The notes under the pieces were generated by a model. It saw nothing but the letters and a program-made list of their open reading frames with translations. It made no database searches and was not told where the DNA came from. Shown in pieces: positions 1 through 12,859 of a stretch of DNA of 64,000 nt. The DNA comes from Camelus dromedarius (lineage: Eukaryota), in the NCBI RefSeq assembly GCF_036321535.1, contig NC_087436.1, forward strand, positions 117,368,001 through 117,432,000, given 5' to 3'. The position numbers and the translations under genes are program-made. Positions within the stretch are counted from its first letter, which is position 1. Each line of letters begins with the position of its first letter.

Positions 1-89
1 CACTCTTTCTCCCTCTTGAGGCTTATAGTTAAGTGATTTTTCTTAAAAAGGGACCACTATTCAAACAATCCAACACATAATTCTATGAT

Positions 90-1030
90 TAAAAGGTACA
101 AGAGACAAAATGAAGGAAAGTTAGATGGCGTTGCAAGAGTTCATAATAGGGACACCAGACTTGGTCAAGAGGTATGTGAAGACTTCCTTGAGAAACCATT
201 GTTTGGATGGAGATCTGAAAGATGAGTGGGAATTAACTGACTGAAAGGAAGAGGAAGCAGCAGGTGCAAAGGTCCTGGGGCAGGAGGGACCATAACACAT
301 TCAAAAAACTAAAGAGGCTGCTCAGTGTGATGGAGCACAGAGGAAAAGTGAAGCACAAGGAAAGTGGATATGAGATCAGGTTGAGAGGTGGGCAAGAGAG
401 ACCACACAGGACCCAGGGCCAAGGTGAGTTTCTCTGTCTCAACAGCAAGGAGAAGCTACTGGAAGATGTTGGGCAGGGGAGGGACAGGAGCTTCTATCCT
501 TTCTCAAACACCACTCCAGCTACAGTTCAGACGACAAACTGGTAGAGGCAAGGGATGAATTGGAGAAATGGGTAAGGAAGCTACTTCAGAAAACCCAGGT
601 GGAGACGACTGTGACTTGGAGTAGGTGGTGGCATTGGAAGTAGGGGGGAGTGGATGGAACCAAGGTGTTTGGGGCTAGAGGTGACAGGTTGGCTAAAGGC
701 AGTGTAAAGACAGCCTTTGTATGCCTGGCTTGAATAACAGACAAAGGCTGGTACAAAATCCATTGGGACGGAAGATATGGGAGGAGGGAACTGGCCAGAG
801 GAGCGGGAAGTCTTGACTTTGGTGCTGGACACATGCAGTATAAAGCGCCTTTGTGACATCTAAGCAGGGTGCTGGGAACAGCCAGCCTGCAGCTGAGAAG
901 TCAGGCTGAAAATGCAAATTTCTGAGTCAACGGTATCTGCACGGTAAGCGAGCCCTTGGCAAAGAACTAGACCATTGAGGAGAGCAGTGAGAAGCCAAGA
1001 GGACCCAGAACAGCCCTCCTAGGAATGCCA
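90..1030 (-). mobile_element. L2 LINE remnant
   Basis: ggagatctgaaagatgagtgggaattaac, gcaaaggtcctggggcagga, gagaagctactggaag: typical antisense L2 3' region. Confidence 0.55.
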
Positions 1031-1239
1031 GCACCAAATGGCCAAGAGGAGGGTAATGAGTCTGCGAACAGCTCCGAGAAAGGAGGCCAGAGACACTGAA
1101 CCGGAGGGAGTGTGGCACTGAAGCCAAGACCCTATTTGTGCTGCTCACCCCTCCGTCTGCAGATGGGGAAGCCGAGACTCGGAGGGCTTGGTAGTACCCC
1201 AGACCACCCAGCCCTTTCCTGGGTAAAAGACTCTGCATC

Positions 1240-1680
1240 TTCTGTGTTGCTATAACAAACCACTGCAAATTTAGTGGCTTAAAACAAATTTATTATCACT
1301 CTTCTGGACCTCAGAAGTCCCAACTGAGTCTTATTGGACTGAAATTAAGGTGTTGGCAGAGCCATGGGCAGAGGCCTTAGAGAATTCCATCCCTGCCTCT
1401 TCCAGATTCTGGCGGCTGCCGGCATTCCTTGGCTTGTGGCCACATCACCTGAATCTCTCCCTCTGTGATCACGCTGCCTCCTCCTCTTCTGTAGTTAAAA
1501 CTTCCTTTCATGAGGACACTTGTGACTACCTCCAGGCTAGTCCAGATATTCCAGGAGAATCTCCCACCTTGAGATCCTCGACTTAATCACATCTGCAAAG
1601 TCTCTTTTTTCTTCTAAGGTGACCTATTCACAGGCTCCAGGGATTAGGATGTGAACAGCTTTGGGGGTATTGTCTGCCCT
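1240..1680 (-). mobile_element. MLT1 LTR
   Basis: gctataacaaaccactgcaaatttagtggcttaaaac...ttaatcacatctgcaaagtc...attcacaggctccagggattagga. Confidence 0.8.
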
Positions 1681-2835
1681 CCTATAGGCTCTCTGAGTCA
1701 CACAGAGGACCAGCGATCTGAGAATTTCTTGGAGCACAAGAAATTCTTTGCACGTCTGTGCAAAGAGCAACAGCCAGCCCACACTCAGCAGCGGTCCCTG
1801 GAGGCAGAGACCTGAAACTGTCCATGTGGCCGTAATAAGAGCTTGCTGCCTGCCAGACTCTTTGGTTCCAGCTTTATGTGCATCATTTCAGTTTATTCTT
1901 TCAATGACTCTTTAAGGTGTGTCATTCTATTCCCACTGTCTTACAGAGGAGGAGACCAAGGTGCAAGGAGGGCAAGGTAACTTGCAGCGGAGACCTGAAC
2001 CTACACCCAAATCCTTGTCCCTCTCCCGAGCCACACTTCTGCCAGGGAAGCACCATTCATCAGGGACCTGTTAGCTGGCAGCCCCAGCTGAGTGTGCATG
2101 GGGGACGACAGAATCAGGGCCCTTTTGCAGAAGTCTCACCTCTCACTCTTGCTGAAACGGTCTTTTTTCAGGGTCCAGCATAGCACCCTAGGAACGCCTG
2201 GATGCTAACACCAAGGACAGAGTCCACCTGCCTCTGCAGTGCATCAGTGGTTCTGGTGATGGCCATGGTCTTAATCATCATTGTGTCATCACATCACCTT
2301 CGAATTGTTGGAGAAATTGTACTTCTGGGGACTGTGCTCAGTCAGGGAAGGTAAACTCCCCTACTCCTCCTCCAACCACTCTCTGGCTCTGTGACTCGGT
2401 GGGCACAGCTGCCACCACCCTGTTGCTCTATGGGACTCAGTCCTGCCCAGTGAACGGGCCACACCATCCCCTGCCAGATGGGGTGGGTGAAGGGCTGACT
2501 GCAGCCGGAGCGGAACATCCAGGGACACCAGTCATTCCCTAGATCACATTCCCGGAAAAGGTAAGAGCATTTTTGTCAAAGTCTTGTGCTCACACGGCAA
2601 TCGTTAGGACTATGGAAAGATACTGGAGGAAGCACTAGGACGGCAGGATGCCCACACATAGAAAAGGATGTACCAGCGGGTGCAATTTGTGTTAATCCTC
2701 CATCAGCCAGGGCTGCAGGCCCCACCCACTCCCAGGCTTATCCCTCCCCGAGAGAAAGCAGGGCTTCTGAGCTGAGGCCAACTTTAGGGAGTGCCAGTGA
2801 GGATAGCTGCAAGTAACAAAAAACCTGACAGACAG

Positions 2836-3060
2836 CAGGGGTCTGTCAGCAAACTCCAGCTCCAGGGCCAGATCCCACCCGCTGCCTGTTTGGGTAAATG
2901 AAGTTTTATTGGCACAGCCATGCCCACTCCTTTATATAGCACTTGTGTCTGCTTTCATGCTCCAGTGGCAGAGTTGAGTGGTTGCAAAAGAGAACTTATG
3001 GTCCACAAAACCTAAAATGTTTTCTACCTGGCCCTCTACAGAAACTGTTTGCCCACCCTT
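2836..3060. mobile_element. MER58-like hAT DNA transposon (second copy at about 3368-3525)
   Basis: cagggg...cagcaaact and tttgcccaccct termini; gttttattggcacagccatgccca. Confidence 0.75.
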
Positions 3061-3860
3061 TGCTTAAAGAACAATCATGATTATCTCCCATAACAAGGAG
3101 TCCAGAGAAGAAAGCTCAGGATCAGACAGCAGCTCAGCAGTGTATCTGAAGACCCAGCCTCCCTCTGTCTCTTTCCTTGGCACACAGGTCTCTCATTCTT
3201 GGGCTGCTTGCTTCATGGTCACAAACTGGCTGCCGCAGCTCCAAGCTTGACTTTCTCCCACAACCACATCTAGGCAAGAAGAAAGGCAGACCTCCTCCTC
3301 ATCTCATAAGGGATGAGAATCCTGCCAGGGCTATCAGGCAGCGGACCCTACCTCTCATTGTGAGGACCAGGGGTCAGCAAATGTTTTCTGTAAAGGGCCA
3401 GATAGTCAATACGGCCATCTATGGTCTCTGCAGTATATTCTTTTTGAGTATGTTTTTTTTTTAACAACTTTTCAAAAATGTAAAAACCACTCTTAACTCA
3501 TGGACGTAGTTTGCCCACACCTGATCTAGAGCTGTTCACACGCCCACCTCCACACCATTGCCCCGCGAAGGTGGGGGCGTTCGCCACGCTTGGCTTAGAC
3601 CAAATCACCCAAGACGGAGGTTCCAGAAGCACCTGCCCAGACACGTAGGCGGCCCTGAGGCTGTCAGGGAGACAGTTCAATCACTTCCTGCCCCAGCGGA
3701 AAGAACTGGCTGCTGGTTCTTCCCTACCGAGAGGAGAGCGGGCCACAGCTGCACCCTCCGTAGAACGGGGTCCCCTGCTCCCCGCCTGGTGGAGCGCCGG
3801 CGGAGAGGAGGACGTCCTGATACTCGGTCTTCTGGACTCGTTATCAACAACCAGGCTTAA

Positions 3861-3876
3861 AGCGCCCTCTTGTGCC
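3861..3876 (-). promoter_or_regulatory. CTCF core motif
   Basis: Minus strand GGCACAAGAGGGCGCT versus consensus CCACNAGRGGGCGC. Confidence 0.6.
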
Positions 3877-4133
3877 TTAAAGGCGGACGAGGAACTAAAA
3901 GCGGGGTAGAAGCCGGCGGACTCTCCCAAGATCCGAAAAGCTGTTCGAGGAAACATGTCAGACATGAGCTCCCGCCGCGTTCCCGGCGCCTCCCCAGGCC
4001 CTGCAATGGTCGGGGGTCGTGGGGGCAGCACACGTGGTCATGCAGCCCACGTGGTGAGGCCCGGGGTGGGGGGAGAGAGAGGCAAAGCCCGGCCCTCCCA
4101 AGGCTGACAGTGGGATCAGGGAGAGACAAGCAC

Positions 4134-4176
4134 AAAAGATAAAAAAAGAAAAAAAAAAAAAAAAAAAGAAAAAAAA
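4134..4176 (+). repeat. A-rich tract inside the orphan CpG island
   Basis: aaaagataaaaaaagaaaaaaaaaaaaaaaaaaagaaaaaaaa. Confidence 0.9.
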
Positions 4177-5134
4177 GCCAACAACTAAGCTAACAACTAC
4201 GCAAGTAGTGGCAAAGGGGCCAAGGTGAAGCACAATATGGGTCTGTTCAGACGGAGGACCCGAGCGCGAGCAAGAGACTGATCCTCCCCACGGAACGGGG
4301 CGGGGGGCGGGGACCACTGCAAAGATCCTGGGGAGCAGGAGAGTTTGGAGTCTCCAAGGATGGGGGGATGTGTGTGGAGACGCACGTGGCTGCAGCCGGG
4401 CAGCTGGGCATGCCTGCGGGGGTGGCAGAGGGGGAGCGGGGGCCGAGGAAGGGACTGGCATGAGAAGGTGAAGCCGAAGATCCCCATCCAGCACGGTTAG
4501 GAGTTTGTACCTCCTTCTAAAAGCAACGGGAAACCATTGAAGGGCTTTTAGCAGGTGACTTGATTTAAGTGTTTCAGACGATTAGCATACCGTCATCACT
4601 GTGACGTTTCATGTGTTATTGATGTGGCTGAAACATCACACCAGAATCACCCTCGCTTTTGGGCATTGAAACATTGCACTCATCCCCCTGTCCCCTCCCC
4701 ATGCTCCCCTGGGGTCTGCTCTGAGGACTAGCTAATGTCATTCCCCACCAGACCCCACGGAGCGCCCTCCCCGCCAGCTGCCCTGACCAGGTTCCGCCCC
4801 AGCCTGATGCCCTCCTCTCAGAGAGCACCCTACAAACACCATTTCCCTCCAAACCTCTTGATAGACAAGGATCGCCCGCCTCCCGACCCCCGGGGAATGG
4901 GAGGTGGTGACGGCAGGTGGAGGCAAAGTCTTTGTTGAAACCGTACCTAGTTCTCAGCTTCCCTGTGAGAACTCAGAATCTTCCCCGCCCTCCCCTGGGA
5001 GAGGGGACAGCCATCTCTGACACATCGAGGGGACCCAAAGGTGTGGAGAGACTAAAATGGAGGCCTCTGCGGACCCACCGCATCTCCCCTGTTTGAACTG
5101 CAAGCGCAGGTGAGGACTCAGACGGAAAGGCACC

Positions 5135-5150
5135 AGCGCCCCCTGCTGTT
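5135..5150 (-). promoter_or_regulatory. CTCF core motif
   Basis: Minus strand AACAGCAGGGGGCGCT versus consensus CCAGCAGGGGGCGC. Confidence 0.65.
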
Positions 5151-5805
5151 CGTGCTCTTTCACTGCAAGGCTCGCAATCACAGTCCCGCCCAAGAACCAG
5201 TTTCCAACGGTTTCCGCTCTTCACAATTGGAGACCAAGTGTAGCAATTTATAACCGAGCCAAAAGGGAAACATTATGTCAGTTGATGGATTTTTCTGCAC
5301 ACACATCCTCAAGCAATTTTTTGACAGATATTTTTACTGAATTGACTTTCTTTTTAAGATGACATGTCTAATAGGAAAGGCAATGAGTTTTTAAAAGGCA
5401 TAATTCAAATGCTACAACTTCCTCGGAATGCGGGCATGATCAAAGTTCCTTTCCCTCTGTTAGGGTAGTGATGCTTATCTAATGAGGTCAGCGCGGAGCT
5501 GAGACTTCACAGGCAGACAGACACTGCAGGTGCTTGGTTACCTGGAAGTCACAGGCAGGCAGGAGTAGTAATTACTCCAACGGGACTTCATCACTGATGT
5601 TGGCGCGGGGAGACAAAGGAATCTAATCTGACATTTAGTCACGGAGGACTAGGCAGATGCTGGTGGGGTTTGGCACAGGAGGTCATAAAAGGGCTTGTGG
5701 AAGGGACATCTTTTCTAATGCACACTCAGACGCCGTGGGGCTCGTTGTGACCCTGCGTGTCAGCTCCAAAGTTCTCGCCCCTCCATTCAGCCTCACGAAG
5801 AGCCC

Positions 5806-6420
5806 ATGGTAATGGAGAAAACTCTAATTCAAAAAGATACATGCACCGCAGTGCTCACAGCAGCACTATTTACAACAGCCAAGACAAGGAAGCAACCTAA
5901 ATGTCCATTGACAGATGACTGGATACAGAAGTTGTGGTATATTTATACAATGGAATATTGCTCAATGATAAAAAGAAAGAAAGAAAAGAATAAAATAATG
6001 CCATTTACAGAAACATGAATGGACCTAGAGATTATCATACTAAGTGAAGTAAGTCAGAGAAAGACAAATAGCATGTGATACCACTTACATGCAGAATCTT
6101 AAAAAATTACACAAATGAACTTATTTACAAAAGAGAAATGGACTCACAGACATAGAAAACAAATTTTTGGTTACCAAAGGGGAAAGTTGGGGGGAGGGGA
6201 TAAGTCAGGAGTTTGGGATTAACATATACACACTACTATACCTAAAATAGATTAAAAAAAAACAATGTCCTACTGTATAGCACAGGGAACTATGTTCAAC
6301 TTCTTGTAATAACCTGTAATGGAAAAGAATCTGAAAAAAATTATATATATATATATATCACTTTGTTGTACACCTGAAACTAACACATTGTGAATTAGCT
6401 ATACTTCAATTTTTTAAAAG
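5806..6420 (+). mobile_element. L1 3' fragment (ORF2 C-terminus plus 3' UTR)
   Basis: KTLIQKDTCT...ALFTTAKTRKQPKCP...WYIYTMEY, followed by a typical L1 3' UTR. Confidence 0.9.
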
Positions 6421-7479
6421 TATTTGAAATTGTTGAATAGATTTTGGAGCGTTAGAACTAGAAGGTATATAAAATATATCATATAATCTAGCTGGATCAT
6501 TGATTATGATATATTTTACCTAGAAAACATATAAATCACAATGCAGATTTTAATAATTAACTATCTGTGCTAGAAAGAAATGGCCAGTATATCACCAAAC
6601 CTAACATTCCATCATGCATCTGTATAAATTACTGAGTATCTCCAGGAATGGAAGTTTTAATAAATTATGTTCAAGGACACCATGCAGGTATTCTTATAGG
6701 AAATAAAAGCATTTAAGATAAATGAAAAAAACAGTCACAGTACCCAAAAATCACGAGTTCAAATCCTGCCTTGATGGGGGTCAGGGATAAATGACCTCAA
6801 GCTGCCAAATGCGCAGGCTCCTCCCAGGTCAAGTTGTAACACATAGGAACAGGTAGGATTTTGCTGTCAACTGGAATGCCCAGAGCATCAGTCTCCACAG
6901 TGAGGACCCACATCAGAAGGCAAATCCAGGTCGGGTTTCCCGCTGAACATGGAATCATCCCTGGGGAGTCAGTTGGAGGTGATGTTTACAGCTAACGACA
7001 TAGAGCTGCCCCACCTCAGGGATCCACCTTCCTGGAAGACCGCAGGGCAGTGGCCTTAACACCCTCCTCCCAGCAGTGGTGCGTGAATATTGCAAATTTA
7101 CCTTCCGTGACGACTCTGAGTTTGTCTTCCTTACACTGACGTTCTTTTCTCTTTCTTTCAAATGTTTTTATTATGAAATAGCTCATGCATATAAAAAAGC
7201 ACAGAAGGAAACATAATGACTACTTTTATACCCGTCACTTTGTCAAAGGCATAAACATGTCAGACACAGAACGCATTCAGCTTAGTCTCCACTCTGGTCC
7301 TGCCCCTCCCTCCCAGCCCGCAGGTCACCCCTGTGCTGAACTTGGGGTGCACCCTTTCCTCATATATTTTGATCATTTTACTGCATGTATATGTATCCTC
7401 TAAGTATCAAGAATTGTTTTGCCTGTTTTTAAACATTATATTAATAGTATCATACCAATCATACCTTTATGCTACTGAA

Positions 7480-8295
7480 TTTTTTTATTGACATATAGTT
7501 GATTTACAATATTGTGTTAGTTTCAGGTGTACAGCAAAGTGATTCAGTTATACACATATATACTTTTATATTGTTTTTCATCATAGGTTATTACAAGATA
7601 TTGAATATGGTTCGCTCTGCTATACAGTAGGTCCTTGTTGTTTATCTTATATATAGTAGTGTGTATATGTTAATCCCAAACTCCTAATTAATCCGTGCCC
7701 CTCCCTTTCCCCTTTGGTAGCCATAACTTAGTTTTCTATGTCTGTGAGTCTCTTTTTTGTTTTGTAACTAAATTTCTGTCATTTTTTTTAGATTCCACAT
7801 ATAAGTGATATCATATATTTATCTTTCACTTAGTATGATAATCTGTAGGTCCATCCATGTTGCTCCAAATGGCATTATTTCATTCTTCTTTATGGCTAAT
7901 GATCCATTGTGTATACATATACACCACGTCTTCTTTATCCAGTTATCTGCCAATGGACATTTAGGTCGCTTCCATGTCTTGGCTACTGTAAATAGTGCTG
8001 CTATGAACATCAGGGCGCATGTATCTTTTGGAATTAGAGTTTTCTCTGAATATATGCCCAGGAGTGGGATTGCTGGATAATAGGGTAACTCTATTTTTAG
8101 TTTTTTAAGGAATCTCCATACTGTTTTCCATAGTGTCTGCATCAAATTATCTTCCCACCAACAGTGTAGGAGGGTTCCCTTTTCTCCACACCCTCTCCAG
8201 CATTTATTGTTTGTGGACTTTTTAACGATGGTCTTTCTGACAGGTGTGAGGTGATACTTCATTGTGGTTTCAACTTGCGTTTCTCTAATAATTAT
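7480..8295 (-). mobile_element. L1 3' fragment
   Basis: ORF 7819..8262 YHLTPVR...[17 protein letters not shown]...W...PKCP is the L1 ORF2 cysteine-rich C-terminus; poly-T at about 7480. Confidence 0.92.
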
Positions 8296-9774
8296 ATGCT
8301 ACTTACTTCTTAATTAGACATTATCTTGGGGACTTACACATGCTGACACATGTTGTTCTGGCCCATCCATTCTTCACTCCTGTGTGGTCTTCCATGTAAG
8401 GATAGTCCATAATTTATCTATTCCTACTCCTAACTGATGTTTTCCCAATTACAAGCCCTGCTACAGTAGACATTTCTGAGCGTGTCTCCTTACACATGTG
8501 GGGAGGGGATCTCTGGACACACACAAGGAGCAGCATCGCCAGGTCCTAAGGAATGTGCACCTTCAGCCCGAGTCAATGTTGTCAGTTGTTCTTCGGTCTG
8601 GCTTTACCAATTTACTCTCCCACCTCACGTATGTGAGTTCCCTTTCTTATTCATCTTGGCCACCCTTGCCAATCTGATGAACGGGAAATGGTGTCTCATT
8701 ATAATTTTAAGTTGTACTGCTCTTACTCTAGCCCAGAGATCTTGACACTTGTCTATTGCACACTCCGGTTCCTCTGCTGTGAATTGCATTGGCATTAAGG
8801 TAATAAATTCTCCTTGCTGCCTAAGCTGGTTGAGCCCGGATGACTGACTGCTTGTGGGTCGGAGCTGCCTGGCTGGAATAACCATCCCTGACGCTGTGGG
8901 CTCTTCCTGTTTACGGCCAAGAGATGATCCATCTTTAAGATCACTCCTCAGAAGCCCCGAATCCAGCACGACGGTGCTGACTTTTCTGAGCTCTGATGAT
9001 GCCCCATGTCCACCCCAAAACACCACCTCTGGACCACTTAATTCTTCCCAGTGTTATTGTGATTCCCTCTATCTCTTTGGCAGGGCCTGAAACCCACAGG
9101 CTGAGGCCCTAGGGCTGTACTAATGTGCTTAGAACAGGGGGAAGTTAATAGCAACCAGAACTGGCATTCACATGCAGTCATCTCACACAGGGTCGTTTGT
9201 CAATGTGCACAAAGACCCAGCAGAAGATTCTTGTCACGGTGTCATTTATAAGAGCAAAGAACAAGCAAGGAACCACTTAAATATCTCTAAATGTCCAACA
9301 TCGGGGTCTGACTAAGGAATGATGCCTCCCTCCACGGAATGTCCTTTGAAGCCATCCGGAGTCACGCTGCAGAAGAGAACACAATGTCAGGGAATGTCGT
9401 TCAGGAGTCTTAACTCGGGCCCACGGACTCCTGAGGCGAGGCTCCCGGAAGGGAGCTGGCGTCACCTGAGATGGTTAGGTAAGCACCACAGACCCCGGTC
9501 CTGCCCACTGGAAGCGGAACTTGTAGCTGGGAAGGCAGGAACTCTAACAAGCTCCCTACATGAGTCTAATGCATACTAAAGTGTGGGAATCAATGCCCTG
9601 GAGACCCTAAAATCGTTAAGAAGCATGCTGGTGTGTTCAGAGAAAAATAAAGCATGTTACATGCAAATTCAGTATTTATAGAAACGATCTCATTTGTGTG
9701 TGTGTCTGTGTGTCTGTCTGTGTGCGTACTAATAGGTACCCTGGTACCAAAAAATCAACAATTACCTCTAGATG

Positions 9775-9990
9775 GAAATTTCTCAGCCTCAGCACTCCTG
9801 ACAGTTGGGGCTCGATAATTCTTTGCGGTGGAGGTCAGGTGGTTAGAGACTGTTTAGCAGTTTCTCTGGCCTCTACGCATTCGATGCCAGTAACGCCCCC
9901 CTAGTGGTAACAATCAAAAATGTCTCCAGATGTTGGCAAAAGTCCCCTGGAAAACAAGACGGCTTCCCTTCAGCCTTGAGAACCACAGCC
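9775..9990. mobile_element. MER20-like DNA transposon
   Basis: tttctcagcctcagcact...gataattctttgcgg...caatcaaaaatgtctccagatgttggcaaa...ttgagaaccac. Confidence 0.75.
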
Positions 9991-10979
9991 CTAGATGGAA
10001 GGTATGATAGATAATGTTTTACTTTGTTTTTAGTCTGTCTGCCCATTTCTTAGCTTTTTACCTAAAATGAACATAAAGTATTTTAGTCATGTAAAAAAAT
10101 GGTGTTTCTTAATGCCCCATTGCCTCTGCTGTCAAAAAAATACATGCAGATGATAAGATGTTCATGTTAGAATTTACAGGAAGTAAACTAATTTTATTAT
10201 GACTTTTAAATAACTAAGAAAAAGTGTATACAAAGCCATTCCAAATGTCAATATTCCTTCAGAGGCTTTAAAATATTTCTAACCTTTGGACAGACATCCT
10301 GATTTTAAGTCTAGATCTTAGAGAAGCAATTCTAGATATAAAAATTGCCTTACATATATGGTTGATTTTTGCAGTCACTTATAAAAACAAAAAATTACAC
10401 TTTAAAACCAACAACAGGAAACTAATTATGGTACTTGATAGACTATAATATAGTATTAAAATGATATTTACAAAGAGTTTATATCAGTGTGGGGGAAAGG
10501 TTTATGCCATATTGTTAAGTAAGGGGAAAACGCATACAGAATTCAACATGTTGCATCATCGCTGGCACATATAACAATAACAACATAAAAAGAATCCTAT
10601 GCACCCATGTGGCTAAAAGAAACACACCAAGATTTTTTTAAAAAAATGACTGTCAAGACCCTTATCTTTAATTTTGTATCTGTATGAGATGATGATGGTC
10701 ACTAAACTTATTGTGATAATCATTTCATGATGTATGTAGGTCAAACCATTATGCTGTCCACCTTAAGCTTATGCAGTGTTGTACATCAATTAAATCTCAA
10801 TAAAACTGGAAGAAAAAAATGATGGTCAATTGAACAGTGACATCCTAGGTGATTTTTCTCTCTTTACTGGTCTGAAATGTCCAAATTTTCTAAAATAATC
10901 ATGTATATGTTTATAGTGAGAGAAAGACAGTAAAATCTATTTTTTTAAAAACTTAAAAATGATTACAAATGAAAATGTG

Positions 10980-11546
10980 CCACAATTTCAGGTGAGAAAC
11001 ATGTCTTTATATTGATCTAGACACAAATTTCCTTCCGAATGATAAAAATACCCTTGTTCAAAAAATTAAACATATTCAGAAAGTACAGTATAAACTATAT
11101 GTGATTGTAATCACATTTATCAGCTCAGGGAAGGATAAAATGTAAGGGTGATTATACAATGCAGATGGTCAGGAAAGGGTTGAATATCATAACATGAGAC
11201 GAGAAAATGATGTTTATGAAAAATAAACTGGATATGTTTTTTTTTCCCAATCTAGGATCACATGCTTCTAAAAGAGAAGATCTCACTTAGGAGAGAAAGT
11301 AATTTGGGTTTGATTAGAACTAACTAACCAAGGACAGACTTCAGCCACCTCACTGATTTTAATCTGAAGTGTTTACATCCACCCGGGGTGATGGGCCACT
11401 CCAGCTCATGGGAAAAACAATTGTCACAGACAAAAGGCAGCCCTTCTCGCCTTTGTATGGCAGTATTTGCCTGACCTCCCGGTTCCCAGGTGGCTCCACT
11501 GAATTCTCTCGTGAGCTCCCTGCTCCGTCTTTGATGTGGACACAGA
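10980..11546 (-). other. OTOP1: Probable OTOP1 3' UTR; poly(A) site uncertain
   Basis: Non-repetitive AT-rich sequence after the stop. Candidate minus-strand signals: ATTAAA 11363-11358, TATAAA 11011-11006 followed by a U/GU-rich tract, and AATAAA farther out at 10198-10193. Confidence 0.4.
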
Positions 11547-11717
11547 TTATATCTTACAATAGACCTCAAAGAGGGAGGCAGCTGCGTGCATCCGGTAGAA
11601 AATAGAAAAGGGTATGGCCAGGTTGACCACAATTATCCAGGGTTCAAAGCCAAAGACAATTTCCTCCAATCCGTTGTCATACTCAGGGCGGCAGCCGAAG
11701 GCGGGTGGGATCCAGAG
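11547..11717 (-). CDS. OTOP1: OTOP1 coding exon 6 (LWIPPAFGCRPEYDNGLEE...FYRMHAAASLFEVYCKI*)
   Basis: Acceptor ctcttgcag|CTC, TAA at 11549-11547; matches the OTOP1 C-terminus. Confidence 0.97.
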   Translation of the reverse strand, partial: LWIPPAFGCRPEYDNGLEEIVFGFEPWIIVVNLAIPFSIFYRMHAAASLFEVYCKI

Positions 11718-12859
11718 CTGCAAGAGAAGGAGAGTGGGTCCCAGCAGCCGCCTGGGGCCCCACACCAACCCAGGCACCGACCTGGGCTCAGGGAGACCGG
11801 GTCACACCTGTCACAGGGGTCAGCAGTCCCTGCGCCAAGTCCCCCATCAGCCCACGGAGCCCCACTCCTGTACAAACGCTCTACCTGGTTCTCTCCATCC
11901 TCGCAGCCCTCACCTTGGTCCAGCCCTTGGTCTCCCCCCGGACTGCTGCAACACCTCCCATGTCCCCCCTACTCCAGTGAGCACCTTCACTCCACCCCCA
12001 TGTGGCTGCGGGGGTGGTCTTTATAAAGCACACGTCTGACCTGTCACTCCTCTGCTGGTCACTCACCAGGGCTCCAGTTGCCTTCAGGAGAAAGTCCAAA
12101 TTCCCTCAGTGACCAGACCCCCGTCCACGTCCCTCATCACGCCCTTCACCCTGGCCTCCCCAGGCTGCGCTCAGCCCCTAAGTGTGCTTTTCTCTCCCCA
12201 GTCTTCAGGGCTTTGCTCCCGCTTGTTCCTCTATCAGGGTTCCCTGTCTTCCTTTTGCTAAGTACTACTTTCTTCCAAGTCCTGAGACACCTCCCCTTCC
12301 AAGAAGCCCTCCTTGATCTAAGCAGGCAGAGGGGGATCTCCCTCTGTGTTCCCACAGCCCCCAGCGTTTTCCTCCAGTGGAGGTCCCCTGTTTCCCATGC
12401 CCACCTTTACATACCAGCACAGGTGCTTGGAGAGCCCCGTCACGTGGGTCTGGGCTGGTGAGTTCTGTGGTCTTTTCTCTGGCTTGTCTTGGCTTAGAGA
12501 GGCAGCTCAGGCCCTGCCCACATCCCCCGAATCAGGGGGAGAAGCACATGCCTTGGAGCCAGCCCTGGGTTCATGCCACTGATAGACTGTAATTGAACCT
12601 CTCCAAGCCTCAGTTTCCTCATCTGTAAGATGGGGATACTGACACCTGTCTCAGAGGGCTCAGATGAGAATAAAATGGCAACTAAGTTTGCAAAACATAA
12701 AGCAATAACCTATTATTTTTGTTGCTCATGGAACCTACTCATTGGTCCTGTCCCAGCTCCTCCTTCCCCACTCCTCTTAAACTTCCGGGCTTCGAGGCCG
12801 GCCTCTCTGTCACACTGACACTTCTGCAACTTGCTCCAGCCCCACGCTGCGGCAGGCAG

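Larger units (their letters stand above)
3540..5220. promoter_or_regulatory. Orphan CpG-rich island downstream of OTOP1
   Basis: Elevated CpG content; GC boxes at 4296-4312; CACGTG E-boxes at 4031, 4048 and 4383; no recognisable coding exon. Confidence 0.6.

Noticed and set aside
2549..2557. Isolated perfect GAS motifs (also 7029 and 43842)
   Set aside because: Their number is compatible with chance in 64 kb and they do not cluster.
2825..2849. 9-bp hairpin ctgacagac/gtctgtcag
   Set aside because: Sits at a MER58 terminus; short and probably incidental.
3540..4176. Possible processed pseudogene ending in the A-tract
   Set aside because: No AATAAA before the tract, no TSD found and no recognisable protein.
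6751..6775. tRNA B-box-like gagttcaaatcc
   Set aside because: No A-box or cloverleaf; not a tRNA gene. The SINE heads at 34037 and 63125 are likewise not tRNAs.
9893..9907. CTCF-like CCACTAGGGGGGCG in MER20
   Set aside because: An extra G breaks the core spacing.
11586..12039. 146-aa and 141-aa plus-strand ORFs
   Set aside because: Antisense to OTOP1 exon 6 and adjacent intron; low-complexity Pro/Ser content.
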